A DNA stretch of 64,000 nt from Oopsacas minuta (Eukaryota; Animalia; Porifera): the NCBI GenBank assembly GCA_024704765.1, contig JAKMXF010000339.1, positions 62,001 through 126,000 of the forward strand, read 5' to 3'. Below the pieces are notes generated by a model, which saw only the letters and a list, made by a program, of their open reading frames with translations, made no database searches and had not been told where the DNA came from. Position numbers and translations under genes: made by a program. Position 1 is the first letter of the stretch. Every line of letters begins with the position of its first letter. This document shows, piece after piece, positions 40,301 through 55,300 of the stretch.

Positions 40301-43300
40301 GCAGAGGCTTTGTTATACATACCTCACAAATCTAGAAACCAGTCTGTCTGATGGGCTCTTACATTTTTCTGCTTCTCTCAAGACGGAATTTGCTGAGAGA
40401 TCACTTGATGTGACTACAAAAGCACAAGCTCACCTGCTGCTCCTAAGTTTTTTCCAGTACAAGCATTAGCGGAGACAAGTCTAGATAACGTTGTTGATGT
40501 GATCACCAACGATGGCAACGATGTGATTTCAAAATGTGGAGTCGGCGGAACTGCGGATGTACAAGCTTATCGTGGTTAACAAAAAGGAGACTGTATTCCC
40601 GAATACTGTAATCGCTTAGGCATTTACTTGTGCTTCATTCTCTCCAACTGTTCTGGTGAACGATGCTTGAACAGCCTCACTCTGCTTACCGTAGAATATG
40701 AACTTCTTGACTACATCGATTTGTCGTAACTTATTCACAGAGCATTAAAGGAGCGCGCACCATTTATGATTCAGAAGCGGAAGGTGAAGCGGCGCTCAAT
40801 TATCGAAGGAGCACACACATAGGAGCGCGCTCCTATATAATTACAAACAATTTACAAGTTTCGTCATTATTCTGCAATAAATACATTATTCTTGCTATAA
40901 TAAGTGTATGCTGGGATACTTTTACATAATTGACAATTTGGTGAAATGGTTCAACGTTGCACATTTAGCAATTCCGAATGTACAATGGTTAAATTCAATC
41001 CTAAATACTTAGAATACATATCTAATGTAAATCTGACTGAATGAAAGGAGCCCCGATTGGAGCGGGCTCCGTTTTGCCAATAGCGGGAGCGCGCTACAAA
41101 GATTGAGGACGCTAAATGCTTTGCTTATTCGTGATTTTTCTCTTCTGAATCCCGTAAGCATGACTTTTAAATGACTCTAAAGATTGAGATTAGTAACTTT
41201 CACATTATAAAATATTATTCCTTTATTATATAATTCATAGGCATAGCAGCCGGTCTGTCTTGGTCCGGCGATCTACTACGCCCAATACAAGCTTTTAGTA
41301 ATAGCATGGATTGCCCTGACCAGTAATACGGGCCCACGCAACATTAATCCTACCGTGCCCTTTGTCTATTTATTATATTACTGTATTTCATGGAAGAGAT
41401 AGTTATATTTGTGTATAGAATTTGGACGAAGGTCTCAGATGAACATGTATTTGATCATTAAATAATGTAGTTTGGAAGAGTTGCCTACCGATGCAATAAT
41501 GCGAGTGAATTTATAAGTCTGAAGATACTCACCAAATATATTAGAGGGTAGGATTGCCAAGAAATAATTGGCGCAAAAATGGGCTGGAATTGGTCTGGGG
41601 GCATAGTTTTTTTAATTAATCAAATAAAATCTATCAACCACTCTAAAAAGAAGTAGATTGATAATGGCACAACATTTCGGCTGTTGCTAAAATTCTCCTT
41701 GACAATGAATGGATGTGATACATTCCATTCTCAAAAGTGGTTGGAATATGCTCTAGTGGCAAATCAAATTCGCTGGAAATTTAATGTACATAATGATTAT
41801 CAAAATGAAAGATGGTCAAGACTTGATCGAAGAAAGTTAGATAGGATTGAAATACGTTCACTCTTGTTAAGACAGTCGGGAGTTGGGAGCATTAACAGAC
41901 GAAACACAGTGGCTTCACCATAGGCTTTAGAGTGAATTTTTCATCATCCCATAAGCTTTCGAAAATGTTACCATTAAATTCACCATAGTCTGAAACCTGG
42001 GAATCATAATTTTCTTTGTAAAATTCCAATTACTTTGTAATCAAATGACATGCTTAGTGGATGGCTATAATTGAATTCATTATTCATCTCTATTTTATGT
42101 TTACACATAGGTATATAATTCTCTCTATCCAGAAATACTCATTAGAATGACAGCTCTAAGTTTTCACCTATTATTAGTTCAGAATATAATCTTCTCAATT
42201 ATGATAAGAGCTAAGTATTTCACTTCGAATATTTTCTCCATGGTTCAGTTAATTTTGACGTCACATAGTGTGTCCGGTCACATTATACCTTGGTATAAAT
42301 ACCCCTCAAACTCACTGTGGCCAGTCGTGGCCAGGTAATATCTTGTTTTAGGGTGATTTGTCATGATATTATCTGTAATTTAGAACTAAATCCAGCCTCC
42401 CGCAACCTCCCGCAAATGAACACTAAGCATTTTTGATAGAGCGGCCCGTTAATTTTTAAGAATTTCAGAATATCAGCAATTCATATTATACTACTTTCAT
42501 TTACTAAATTTCTAGCAAATATTTAAATTCTAAATGAATAACCAGGAAGCATTTGATTTTCTTATTTCTCAACCATCAATCAGAACGGCAGTCGATTCCT
42601 TCATCCAGATATATGATCTTTCAGATGGCGAATTCTCCTCAATTCGGAGAAGATTCAGCAAATTGAAGTCTGAACGTGATGCTGTCAGTAAGTGTAACGA
42701 TCTATCTACATGGCAACCACTCCTGTTTTTTTCTACTCAACACTCCAGTCCCACAAAGAAACGTATTATTGGAGAAGAGCGAATGGTTTTTGCAGTTGAC
42801 CTTGCAAAGGAGTCTAGAAAACCTCTGCCTGAATTGGCACTGAAGGCTCTCAGATGTAGATTAAAACCACTTTTGGATTTAATCGCTACTATTGCAGAAA
42901 ATGAAAATGTTCATGCTAAAATAATAGCTACCTATGCTCTACAACTAATCTCTAATGAAGCTAACGACCAACGAACAGCTAATTCATGTAAAGACCTTCC
43001 TTCCAATGGGACATTTGCTTGTAGCGTCAAGCGATTGCCGATTGACAAATCTGTGTTCTCGCTAGATTTTCTTGAGATTGGCAATAGTTTTATTTAAATT
43101 TACAGGATAATTAACCGTAAGGTATTAAGAACACGCAAAATGTCCAAGTCACCCTAAAATTCCAAAATTTCAATTTTTTCGTTTCATACATAAAATTGCT
43201 ATAGTCGTAATAATATACAGCAAAAGAAAGTTAAATTGATAATCTAGACACTTTACCCCTTGGTACATAATTTTAGTGTAAAACTCTTTGTCTAAATACC

Positions 43301-46300
43301 TGAAATAACACAGATATTTCAGGAATTCAACTTTTAGAATTTTGCTTACGTCATCATAACAAGAATAACACTGCTCAACAATTTTTTTTTCATTTTTTGT
43401 TGCATGAGATTTTTCAATTGATTCTATATAATTTTGGGATGCTGATTTCAAATCTGCAATCAGTTTCTTTCTGCATGCTCTAGTTTTCATGCAATCGACA
43501 ATTTAAATTTTTTCGTTTGTGGTACTTATTTAGTACATAAATCTGATCTCCACCAAATACTTTTTATCTATCAAGCCATTTTTCTTAGATTGTAGCTGTT
43601 ACTATGATTTAGTAATGGCTTCAATCTATTGAAAACAAAAGCACCACTCTATTGTTCTCTGAAAACATGACACTATTAGCGAAGTGTCAAAATTTAAATA
43701 AATCAAAAATCATCATGTTGATTTTTTTGAAATGATTTAATTCAAACAACCCTAAGTGATTATAGTGAAGTATCGTGGATAGATGCAGCAGAATAGGCAT
43801 TTAAGCTGTATTTTTCCGCTCGTCTGCTGGTAGCCTTAATTAGAACCAAGGTTTTGTTATTCAGTTTGTTTGTGTTGAGTTACATAGATATCAACAGACT
43901 TTCTTTCGATTCTTAACTCTTCAGATTTGATCATGGCTTCTTCTAGTAGACATAAATGCAAAAATAACCCTGATTCATTTTGTTACATCTGTGGTGTGTA
44001 TACGCTTTCGCGTCAAAGACGAAATATAACATCGTTTGTGAAGCGTGCCTACATAGCATACTTTGGTATCCCTCTTGGTGATCAAGATAAGAAATGGTCT
44101 CCTCATATTGTGTGCCATAACTGCGAAGAAATGCTCCGAGACTGGACAAAAGGAAAGCGGAAGGGTCTGCCTTTTGCCATTCCAATGGTGTGGCGTGAAC
44201 CCCAAGACCACACGACTGACTGCTACTTTTGCATGGTCAATACAAAAGGTGTTGGCAAGAAGAGCCGACAAACGCTTTCTTATCCTAGTATACCATCAGC
44301 TATGCGACCTGTCCCGCACTCTGATAGACTTCCTCCTCCGGTTTTTAGTGGTTTTGCTTTTCCTAATGATGAAGAAACTAAATTGGAAAGGGAAGAGATC
44401 GTAGAGATGGAATATCAAAAAACAGACACAGAATCAGAATCTGAAGATTCTTCTTGTGAAACCAGAGTAACTGTCCAGCAGTTTAATCAATCAGAACTGA
44501 ATGACTTAGTACGTGATTTAGATCTGCCCAAGCAAGCAGCTGAGCTCTTAGCCTCCAGGCTCAAAGAAAAACAGGTGCTGGATCAATCTGTAAAGGTTTC
44601 CTTTTTTCGAAAAAGAGAAGAACTCCTTCTACCCTATTTTTCAGTGGAAAATAAGCTGGTATATTGCAACGATATTCCTGGTCTTCTCGGACAACTGGGT
44701 ATCTCCTCATATGATCCAGGAGAATGGCGATTGTTTTTGGACAGTTCCAAGCGCAGCCTCAAGTGTGTTCTTTTACACAATGGAAATGTTATGGAGCTGT
44801 TCCAGTTGGTCACTCCACTGTCTTGAAGGAACAGCATGATGACATTAGAATTGTTATGGATTTACTCGGATATCATGATCACAACTGGATCATTTGTGTT
44901 GACCTCAAAATGGTTAGTTTTCTGCTAGGTCAGCAAAAAGGATACACTAAATTTCCATGTTATCTGTGCATGTGGGACAGCAGAGCACGTGAAAAACATT
45001 GGATACAGAAGGAGTGGCCCTTACGTGAAACATTTCAAGCTGGCATGCCTAACGTAACACACGACCCGATCGTAAGCAGAGACAAAATTGTTTTTCCACC
45101 CCTGCACATCAAGCTAGGTCTGATGAAACAGTTCGTTAAAGCCCTAAATCCTGACAATGAATCATTTCATCATCTTGTGTATACTTTCCCTGCTTTGTCA
45201 TATGATAAAATCAAAGCAGGAGTGTTTGATGGACCACAGATACGTACACTTATTCGCGACAAAAACTTCATTCAGAAAATGAATGTCAGGGAGAAAGCTG
45301 CATGGCTATCTTTTGTGGATGTTATACAGAACTTTCTTGGTAACAGAAAAGCTCCAAACTATGAAATGCTTGTATCCAAGATGCTCTCAGGGTTTCGTGA
45401 TTTGGGATGCAACATGAGCATAAAAGTACATTTTCTGTACAGCCACCTGGACAAATTCCCTGAAAACCTTGGGGCTGTCAGTGACGAACAGGGAGAGCGT
45501 TTCCACCAGGATCTTATGACAGTGGAAGAACGTTACCAAGGTCGATGGGATCGACATATGATGGCAGACTATTGTTGGGGCATTAAACGTGACTGTCCTC
45601 ACAAAGCGTACAAACGCAGAAGTTATAAGAGGAAATTTTGTCCAGATTTGTAGAATATTTGAATCTTTTGCATCTTGTCATTGATCGCTTTAAGTTACTA
45701 TTGTAGATTGCCATCGTTCTTTTCTACGTTATTTTGCAAAAAAAAAAATCAATTTTTACATGCATATTACCAGCAAAACTGTTGTTTTTTACATTTTTTA
45801 AAACATTTGTTGCCCATCTGTCTACAAATACAATTTCTATTGGCAACATAAAAGTTTTTTGGCACCTATTTTTGTTTTGAGGCTAGTTATTCAAATGTAA
45901 GCAGAACATCATTTGACAAATCATGTCACTTTTTCAAAAAATATGAATTTTGTGCAAAAAAATTAAAAATCTCGATTTGCAAAAAATCTAGAGCTTGCGG
46001 AAAAAAACTAAGGTCGGATTCGGATTCAGCGCCCCAATATTAGGTAAAAACAAGTGTTGGTAGAAATGCAACAAAATTTTTGTTGAGCAGTGTAATAGAA
46101 GCCATATAAATACTGAATCTGGTCAATCTACTATAAATAGTGATTACCCATAAGTAAATAATATATTGTATACCCCTATCTCCAACCTAAATAGATTTAC
46201 GCTGGTTTATATGTTTCGCAAATTTTGCTTACATCATCATAACTCAAAAAATAGAAGCCATATACCAAAAATATTTTGCTGTCAATCAACTAGTTATATG

Positions 46301-49300
46301 CAATAACCCATAGATACATAATACATTTTATGCACTTTAAATGTGCCCAAGACCCTAAAGCCTACGGATAGCCATTTAAAGCCACTGTGCGAAAGCTACA
46401 ATCAATTGATAGACTGCTATCAGGTATTTTCGAATTTCATGGTAGCATACCTTTCCAAAACTCATTATGAGATCCAATCACCAAGATTATACCGAAACTC
46501 TTTTTTGGGGTTTGGCGCATGGACTAAATTAGAAGCTTAAGCATTTCAAATTCGATAAAAATCACATCCCACAATATTCCTCAAATTGAATTCGGCTATA
46601 TTCCAATCTCGAAATTCGCCCTTTGAACACTTTAGAAAATCATTCGGTCATATTCAGCTTTCCCTTTGAATTTAGCATCTAGGACTAGGAAGTATGCTCT
46701 TACATTGTATTTGAGTGGGACTAAGGATAGTTTAATTTATGAAGGAATCAGTGGCTCTGAAATGAATATAAATCTGAGCATTGACATATTGAATGACATT
46801 ATGAGAGGAGATGCTGGATATAGCACTTAATCCCAATTTGGCTTAACTAGTCGGTATAAAACGAAGTCGGAATGGAAAACCTTAAATTCGTTCGTAAACT
46901 AAACCCATGGATGTTACGAATATTCTGATATTGAACCCAGTCAACTCACATTATGCCTGTCCCATTCGGAATTCAGTTTACTATCACGAAGCTGAAACTC
47001 GTAATACGACCCTCGCTAATCCGAACAGGGTCTAAAGGTCATACAATTGGAAAATTTTCAAACATGGGAAAAGACCAAATTGTATCCAATTCTACTACGG
47101 ACGATCAGATGATACTTGTACAGAATTTGGAGCCCTTTTCATCATTTGTAAAACTCCGAAAATGAGTACATAGATCCTATAGTATTGTTTCATGTATTTC
47201 ACTAATCCGACGAAATATATTGAAGTTGGAACAGTACAGTTGGAAAATACACATTTGAAATACAGTTAAACATTCGGTTAGCAGAACCCTCAGGGGAAAT
47301 GAAACTCTAATTAAGTAACGGATGCGATAAGTTCTAAAAGTAAAACAAAGGGAAGTGACTATTAGTTCGAGATAACGAATGTACGAGTTAACTGATATTC
47401 GATCGAGTTACTGGGCATTGACTGGAATATGTAAGGTTTTAATTAATGAAAATATTTTCTTACCAATAATGCAGGAGGCAGTGTAATCCGATTGGATTGT
47501 CTTGTAGCTACTATACCAAGGGTGTCGACTGGACAGTTCAGATGGAGTTTAACCTTCAATACAGCAATGATCTTGACGAAGGTTAAACCAGTGTTCACTC
47601 TGAGTACGTGCTCAGAACCAGTTGCTGCTCTAATCCGAATAAAAGAACCATCGTCTTCGCTCATGACTTCAAAAAGGGGAGTATTAAATCTAACCTAAAT
47701 GAAGAAATGATAATTCAGAAATTTTACAAAGTGGAAGAAAATTTACAATCAGCCCTCGCAATTCGTGAATATAACATTCGCGGTTTAGTCTCTTCGAGAA
47801 AAAATATTATTAAATATAACTAACTTACTCTATACCAACTACGTGATCTATAGACCAATTTTCTTATAGGTGATAATTAATGGCGGGGGATTCGATACGT
47901 TTATGATTATTCAATGGTAAGTCTGTAAGAACTAATGGTGAACTTCATGTAAGTGTATAAAGTTCGATAACAAATAATTGTTTGGAAAATGAAGGGTGAT
48001 GACCAGTGGCGGATATCGCGGGACAATAATTTTATATGTATCATAAATATTAGATTTAGTTAAAATCAGTACTAATTCAAATATTTCATAGTGGATGAAA
48101 AATCACCAAAAACTAAGTAGAGGGGTTCTAGATAAACCATCGTTCGATATGTTCTAGGTATGCCACCACTTCAACCTTGGCCATAAATTTTATAACTCAA
48201 TATAAGTTACATAACAGTATAATGAAAGTTACATGTGGCTAGCTAGAATTTTCTGATTTGGTGACACTTTTCGTGTGTCAACTGTACATATTTGTCAGTA
48301 ACGATGGTAATTAACACAAAATAAATTCGAAATAATAGCCATAGTCTATAATAAATTTAGGTTTGACATATAAACTAAGAGTTAAATCAACTCAAGCCCT
48401 GTGGAAGACAAGTGTGGAGTTTTGTCATTTTATAATTGATATTTCATATTTACAATTCAGATGATGGTAGGCGAAATATGAGTACTGGGCAGAAACTAAA
48501 ATACATCATCTAAATAAAATTCCTTAAGAAGTATATTTGAAGGCTCTATTGGAAGAGATAAAATTGAGACATCCAAATATTGTGCATTGAGTAAATTGGT
48601 TACTTATTTAGTTACTGGTAAGATTTGCGTCAATCTTGTAACAATTTATAAGGAAATAAATATCTAACATTATCCCTGCAGGCATGCAACTAAATATGCT
48701 TATTTACATATTGTGATAAATGTAATCATCAAACCAATAGAACAATTTTTGATCTTCTTGTGTTCGATTTTTGCTAGTTTTCGCTTTTATTGCTGTATTT
48801 GCTATTTCCTATTCTACCCTTCATTTCTGATTTTCTTTCATATTGGATATGACTGTGAGGTGACATAATTTTTCTCGAATTGTGGCGTACTCATACTGGC
48901 TTGTACAAGTGTATGCTAAAACTTGATATCTTTTGACTCTCTGGCTGTTTATTACGATTTCACCTGTCATATTGTCTGCTCTTTGTGTTTGTGTCATATC
49001 TAGTCTTCTCATCCATGGAGGCATTGAAATAAATCCAGGACCCATCATCTAACTCAAAATACTCATCACGAACAGGGTAATTAATCAATTAAATTTACTA
49101 AAGTTTTTATTTCGTAACATTATATGGTTAATTAATTATTAGCACATTTTTAGAATTACCAATGGATATAATGTTAATGTTAGCCCCATCTTCTCAACGT
49201 TTCGTTTTCGAGGCTTTGATTCACAGGACATCTGTCAGGATAATACATCTAGTTGTATATGGGGACTCATTTGCAAAAGGTATATTCTTGTAATAAACCT

Positions 49301-52300
49301 AACAAAAGACACAAGCTGTGGTTAAAATAGAACAACAACACTCTAACATACAGTCTATTGTCAGGGGGGCTTTCGCTAGAAATTCCCCGTTAGAATGCAC
49401 AGTAAGTCCCCCTTGTTCAGATTAAGAGTTTCAATTGAGTTTTAGCATTACTAAATTAGCAATATCTAAGAGACATCGCTAATAACTTCTAGTATTGTGA
49501 AGGATATGAGTGAGAGTGTAGCAGAATGTTCAATATCGTTTCATAATTTGGTGACCTAGATTTATTCACACTTACATTCGAATTACAAGACGATATGCTT
49601 ATCATTATATGGGCAATATTTGCCTCTGATACAAACATACATAACAACTTGAAGAGCGATTTCAGTAATTATATCGATAGTGAAAACTCTGAAGAAATAA
49701 ATTTGATTTCTCAAAAACATCTGAAGCTCAGTTGTGGTTAGTTCGTGAAAATTCTATGGGTTACCAATGCTCGGAAATATTTCTGGATTTTGCCTCAATT
49801 AACGTCATCACAGGTGATTATAACAATAGCTTTGTTGAGTATAGTCCATCTTTCACCAAATGTTTGATAAAAATGTGTCTAAGTGAAGAGATATTGAACT
49901 TGCTGATTAGTCGGGTATTGGGACAAAGAAAGGAATTCTATACTAAGGGTATTAACAGCATACAAATGTATATACCAAATAACTTGTTCGTTTTGAAACT
50001 TGGGTCAAGGAACCTATTCCCCTTCCCCAGTTTCACAGTCCAAAGTATAATGTGAAAACTGAAAAAGTGATGGCTACATTATTAAAAGTCAGTTCTGAGT
50101 TGAAATTGAAAGTACAGTAGAAGCTCGCAAACTGGGGCACCTTGGCGTTTCTGAAAAGTGCCCCGGCTTGCGAGCTTCACAATATTTCAAAATGAATTTG
50201 GATTATGCTACAGTCTAGACTTCTTTTCACTTAAATAGACATGATTACATTATTTAATAGATTATTCCAACCAATATCTATATTGCTAGTCAATCAGGGC
50301 TGTATCAACACATTTTGAGTTGGCAAAATCAATTCATTTTTTTCTACCAACTCATTCATTTTTATTGCATCAACTCATTCAACTCATTCAATTCACTAGC
50401 TTATGTAACCAACTCATTTCAACTCATTCAACTCATTCAATTCATCTAGCTTATGCAACCAACTCATTTCAACTCATTCAATTCATTCAACTAATTTCAA
50501 CTCATTCAATTCATTTCAACTCATTCAACTCATTCAATAAAATGAGTTGATTTTACCAACAAATGAGTTGATGCAGCCCTGTAGTCAATAAAGAAAAACT
50601 AGGCAATTAATTCATTTGGCTGTTCTCTGTTCAACGGTTTGTTGTCCAGAATTGATTAGCTACAATTTATACAGCTTAGTGCATCCTAAGGACTGGATAC
50701 AATGAAGACTAAGGGCACGGATACAATGGAAACAAGGTGCCCCGGTTTGCGAGCTTCTACTGTCGTGAATCCGTAGAATTTTATCTCGAAATCAAAGAAT
50801 GAGTTAATGTATATATTATTGATCCGATCCATAGTATGTCATTAGTCATTAATTTGAAGTATGTATTTAATTCTAAGTTTGATGATGTAAACAATATTTA
50901 TGTTTTGAAGTTGGACTATTATCAGTTGAAGAAGTATGATAGTCATAAGATAAACAACCCTTTCTTTTGAGCTAGAGCAGAGTGTAAAAGCACAATTGTA
51001 GAGCATAGGTATTTATATTGAGGACGAGAGTTATTTAAATAATGGTGTAATAAATTTTTATACAGAATGATCTCTTTCAACTCAGCATACTGATGGTACG
51101 AGTGTCGATATCAGTGGCGGAACTAGGACTTTTATTTCCCCGGGCACAGTGCAACATCCAACAACCCATAAATTGACCATAAATCAAAGCAAATGTTTTT
51201 AGGAAATACATGTTCTAGTCTATATTCAACTCTAGCGGAGTATAATAAATTATTCTTGTTATCATATTTTTAATAAATATTGTCGATTATCAATACAAAA
51301 CTCTTATGGTCATACTTATGTAATCCTACGGTTGATGTTACTTGAACAGAACTTCTGAACTACCTCATCTAAATCTAGATTGTTTGAGATTGTACTCTCG
51401 ATGCTCAAAATACAGAGGTCTGTGAGCCGCTGGCGACCCATTGTTGTCCTTAAATAGTTTTCACACGGTTAAGTGTAGAAAAAGATCTCTCAGAATGTGT
51501 ACTGCCAACACCTATGGTCATTGCGATTCGTATGGCCTTTACTAAGTTTGGAAAGGCAGTTTCTAGAGGTAAAAGCTTCAGTAACAAGCTATTAATACTT
51601 TCTAATTTGAATGCTATCATTGCACACTTTGCGAGTTTCGATTCAAGATTCAAATGGTTGGAATCAATGTTATAAGCCTGAGCAAATTCATCGATTTCTG
51701 CTGCTTCTAGAAAGTTTCCTGAATTTGGGTTGAAGGCTTGAATTGCTTTCATAAGGACTCTACTATTTGAATTAAATCGATGGTTTAATTCTGCTAACAG
51801 TCTATTAATTACTGGTAGATATAGATTGTTCCTGTATTGTTCTTCCGTAGAAAGGATGGATCGATTACCTACTGAGGATGAAATTTCATAATTTTCCAAA
51901 GAACCAGGTGGTTTTCTTTGTCTAGGTTGCGAAGGAAAACAGAAATCAATGGCATTTAAGTTTGTAACATCCCGAGCATAAGAAATAATTCTCTCCCACT
52001 CTTCAATAGAGCGTAATTCTTTTAAAATCAAAGTTGTGGGAGAGACTAAATCAACAGCTATGGAGAAATCTATATGACTACTCTGGAGACATTCAGACAA
52101 CACATTCGTATTGGAAAAAATCTTATCAAATATGATAAGAGTAAGCAAAAATTTAAAGATTTTATCTGTAATAGAAGTCCATTAGCTTCAATTGCTTTTG
52201 AACGATCATTTCCATGCCAAAATTCTTCAAGAGTAGCTATTAGTGCATCAAAAGTATAACATATTGAGTTCAATGAACGGTAGCGACAAGACCATCGCGT

Positions 52301-55300
52301 ATCAGACAATTTTGCCAAATTACGAGTTTGTTTGCCAGGATGAAGTAATTATTGTTTATTCAGATAAATTGGGTGTGCTTTAGATGTTGAAACGAATATG
52401 TACAGAGCTTCTATTAAACTGAAAAATCCCAAGCATGTTGTACACTCTTAATGCAATCAACTAAGGCTAAATTCAGTGAATGTGCGTAGCAGTGAACATA
52501 TATAGCCTTTGGTGCAAACTCTTTGATGCGTGCTTAGACCCCTCTGCACCTCCCGCTCATGACAGAAGCACAGTCGTAGGCTTGAGAACCATATTTAACG
52601 GATTCAATGCGTTTTCTTTCAACGTGGTTAAGATATGATGAGATAGACTTTCTGCATTTTGCGATGAAATTTCAACGTAGGTTAAGAATCTTTCGTTTAT
52701 GATAGAATTAGCATTAACATATCTAACACAAATAGAGAGCTGTTCTTTTTTGCTCGCATCTTTGGATTCATCAGCTATCAAAGAATAAAACTCAGCAATA
52801 CGGATGTCAGTACATATAATATCTCGAACCATATTGCCCATAACATTCAGGATTTCATTTTGTATTTTACCTGATAAATATTTGGCATTTTTCTGGCCCA
52901 TTTCCATTCTCTTTTTAACTAGAGTATTATGATTAGCAACAACATCGAGGATTTCAAGAAAATTTCCTCTGTTATTAGACTCAATTGATTCATCATAACC
53001 CCGAAGAGAAATCTCGGTTCGACTACATAATAAGAGAACTTCAGCAACTGTTTTCAAATAATGTTTATCAAGGTTGATTCGTTCTCTTCTACTAGTTTCA
53101 AGACGATGATCAACTGATGTTCCAAAATGTTCATTTATTTTCCAATCCGCCCAGGATTGCATAGCATCAATATGAGATTTAGCAGCAGCGTGACAAGAAA
53201 TAATTCCATCCTTTCCTACTGCATGTTTCTAATCATTAAAACCAAGTTTTGTAAAAGAATGTTTAGAATATGTTCTGTTCCTTGGAAAATGACGGCAAGG
53301 AAAACAATTTACCGAATCTTTCGTAATAGAGTACTCTAGCCATTCATAAATGAGGAACCAGTCAGGATTAAACGAACGTTTTATTCCTCCAATAGAAGTC
53401 GATGGGAATATAGTTAGGAATCTATCGGGCTGGGTAGGTTTTTCCTGCGGGCCTTTAGAAATATCACTAGGAATACGGATATCACTGACGCTGGATATGG
53501 GAGTAACTGTATTTCCATTCCGAGGAAGTGTGATATGTACAAGATGATCTGAAGAGTGTACAGCAATATTCTCATTTGTGTCTCCTAAAAGAGCCAAATT
53601 AGCAACTTCAATTCCAGCTGTTTCCTGGAAACTAGTAGGAGAATAAGATTGAGTTGCATCAGTAAGATTAAATTGCGAAGAAATTGAATCATGAGAATAA
53701 TTATTAGGCACAAGACATTGCCGTTTCGCTTGAAAATCAACGAGAGTTAATTGTAACCAAGATTTGGGATTAGACATTGTACTAAATTGTGAAAAAGAAG
53801 TTAAAAGAAAACAGGAGCATTAAATAATTAAAGAAAATACTTATCGTGTTGCAATCACCATTGCGATGATAAATATCAATAGCTATTGTTAGAAGGCCAA
53901 TTTACCTCGAGAAGCTAGAACACTAAATTGCATTCTAAGTACGTGTATTCAAAATTACATCTTCCTAGATTATAATACAATATGGGTTGATAAAAATTAA
54001 ACTAACGCATTGCGTATAATGACGCTAAACATTAACATAACACGATCTGATGTTAGCTAAAAATATCGAATTAAGAATAATCTAGTATAATAATTACACC
54101 TATATCAGATCTCAGCAACTCAAGGACAATTTTCATTTACCTGGGCCTGTACCTGGGCATAATCTTCATTTACCCGGGTAGGCCCGTGTGTAGTTCCGCC
54201 TCTGGTCTATATTAGTAATTTATCTTGTAGCGAACGAAGAATAGGGAAAGATTGTTAGATAATTATTCAGTCAAAAAGTATTAAAAAGCAATTAAATGGT
54301 TCTGACAAAACCAGCTGGATTTTAACTTATTTACAATAGGTGGATCGTTTAAGGAAAGTTAAATCAGAAAAGAAATCTGCTAGTAGGTTTTCTAACTCAT
54401 ACATAGAAGATGTAGCAGCTACTCAGCAGTAATTCCGTCATCTTCTCCCTGAATCCCCCATTTCAAGTTATGTTCAGTACTTTGATCAATTAGTTAGACA
54501 TATCTATACTTCTAAATGATATAGAATTAGTAAAATTGTTTAAGGGCAGGGTGTTTTTTAATTTGATGCCTGTGGGGCACGAATTAGTAAACCATCTTCA
54601 TGCTATCAGAAAATATTTGATTAGACTCTCACTATCCAGGATCCTGAGTATTCTACCAGTCCAATACCTGTAACAGAAATGATCAGTAGTGATCATGGTA
54701 CAGCTGTAAACTCTCTCAAATGAGTCTAACCACTTTATCATTGTGATATTCGTAATCATCGTGAAATTTCGCATCGTTCGAGTGGTTACTTAACCATTTT
54801 GGAGAGATACTTTCCCTAGCACGCTAGAATGCCTCAGTAATGTGACAACATACCAATCTCAAATTGTGTCCTAACCCAGTCGGATAACTACTCGTTCGAT
54901 GCCGCTAGGCCAGCTGAATCTAGTTATTCAAATATAGACCTTCTAAATGATCGTGAAGCACGATTTCACTAGTGGGAACTACGCAGTCCCTCAATTTTAT
55001 TGATAAACAATCATATGTATCAGTTTGGAGCAATCAAACGACTTCCCATTGTATAGAATCTCATTTCTCCATGCAAACGAGTCATCTTTCAGGATAAATC
55101 TTGAGGTGGAAGTAATATAGGCGATTCAAATTTAAATTTTCTCGAATTTTAGTATAAATATTGTTCCAGTGAACGAGATCTCAACCGTAAAGAAAAAGAA
55201 TTAATTTATAGCTAAGAATTATTTACAAAACAAAGGATAACATGGTGTATTTATGGTAAATATGTAAGGAATATCAATAAAATTGAGGGACCGAAGAGGT

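Noticed and set aside
50350-50545. Telomere-like or CRISPR-like short repeat array
   Set aside because: It is enclosed by hAT TIRs and a perfect 8-bp TSD, so it is internal MITE sequence.
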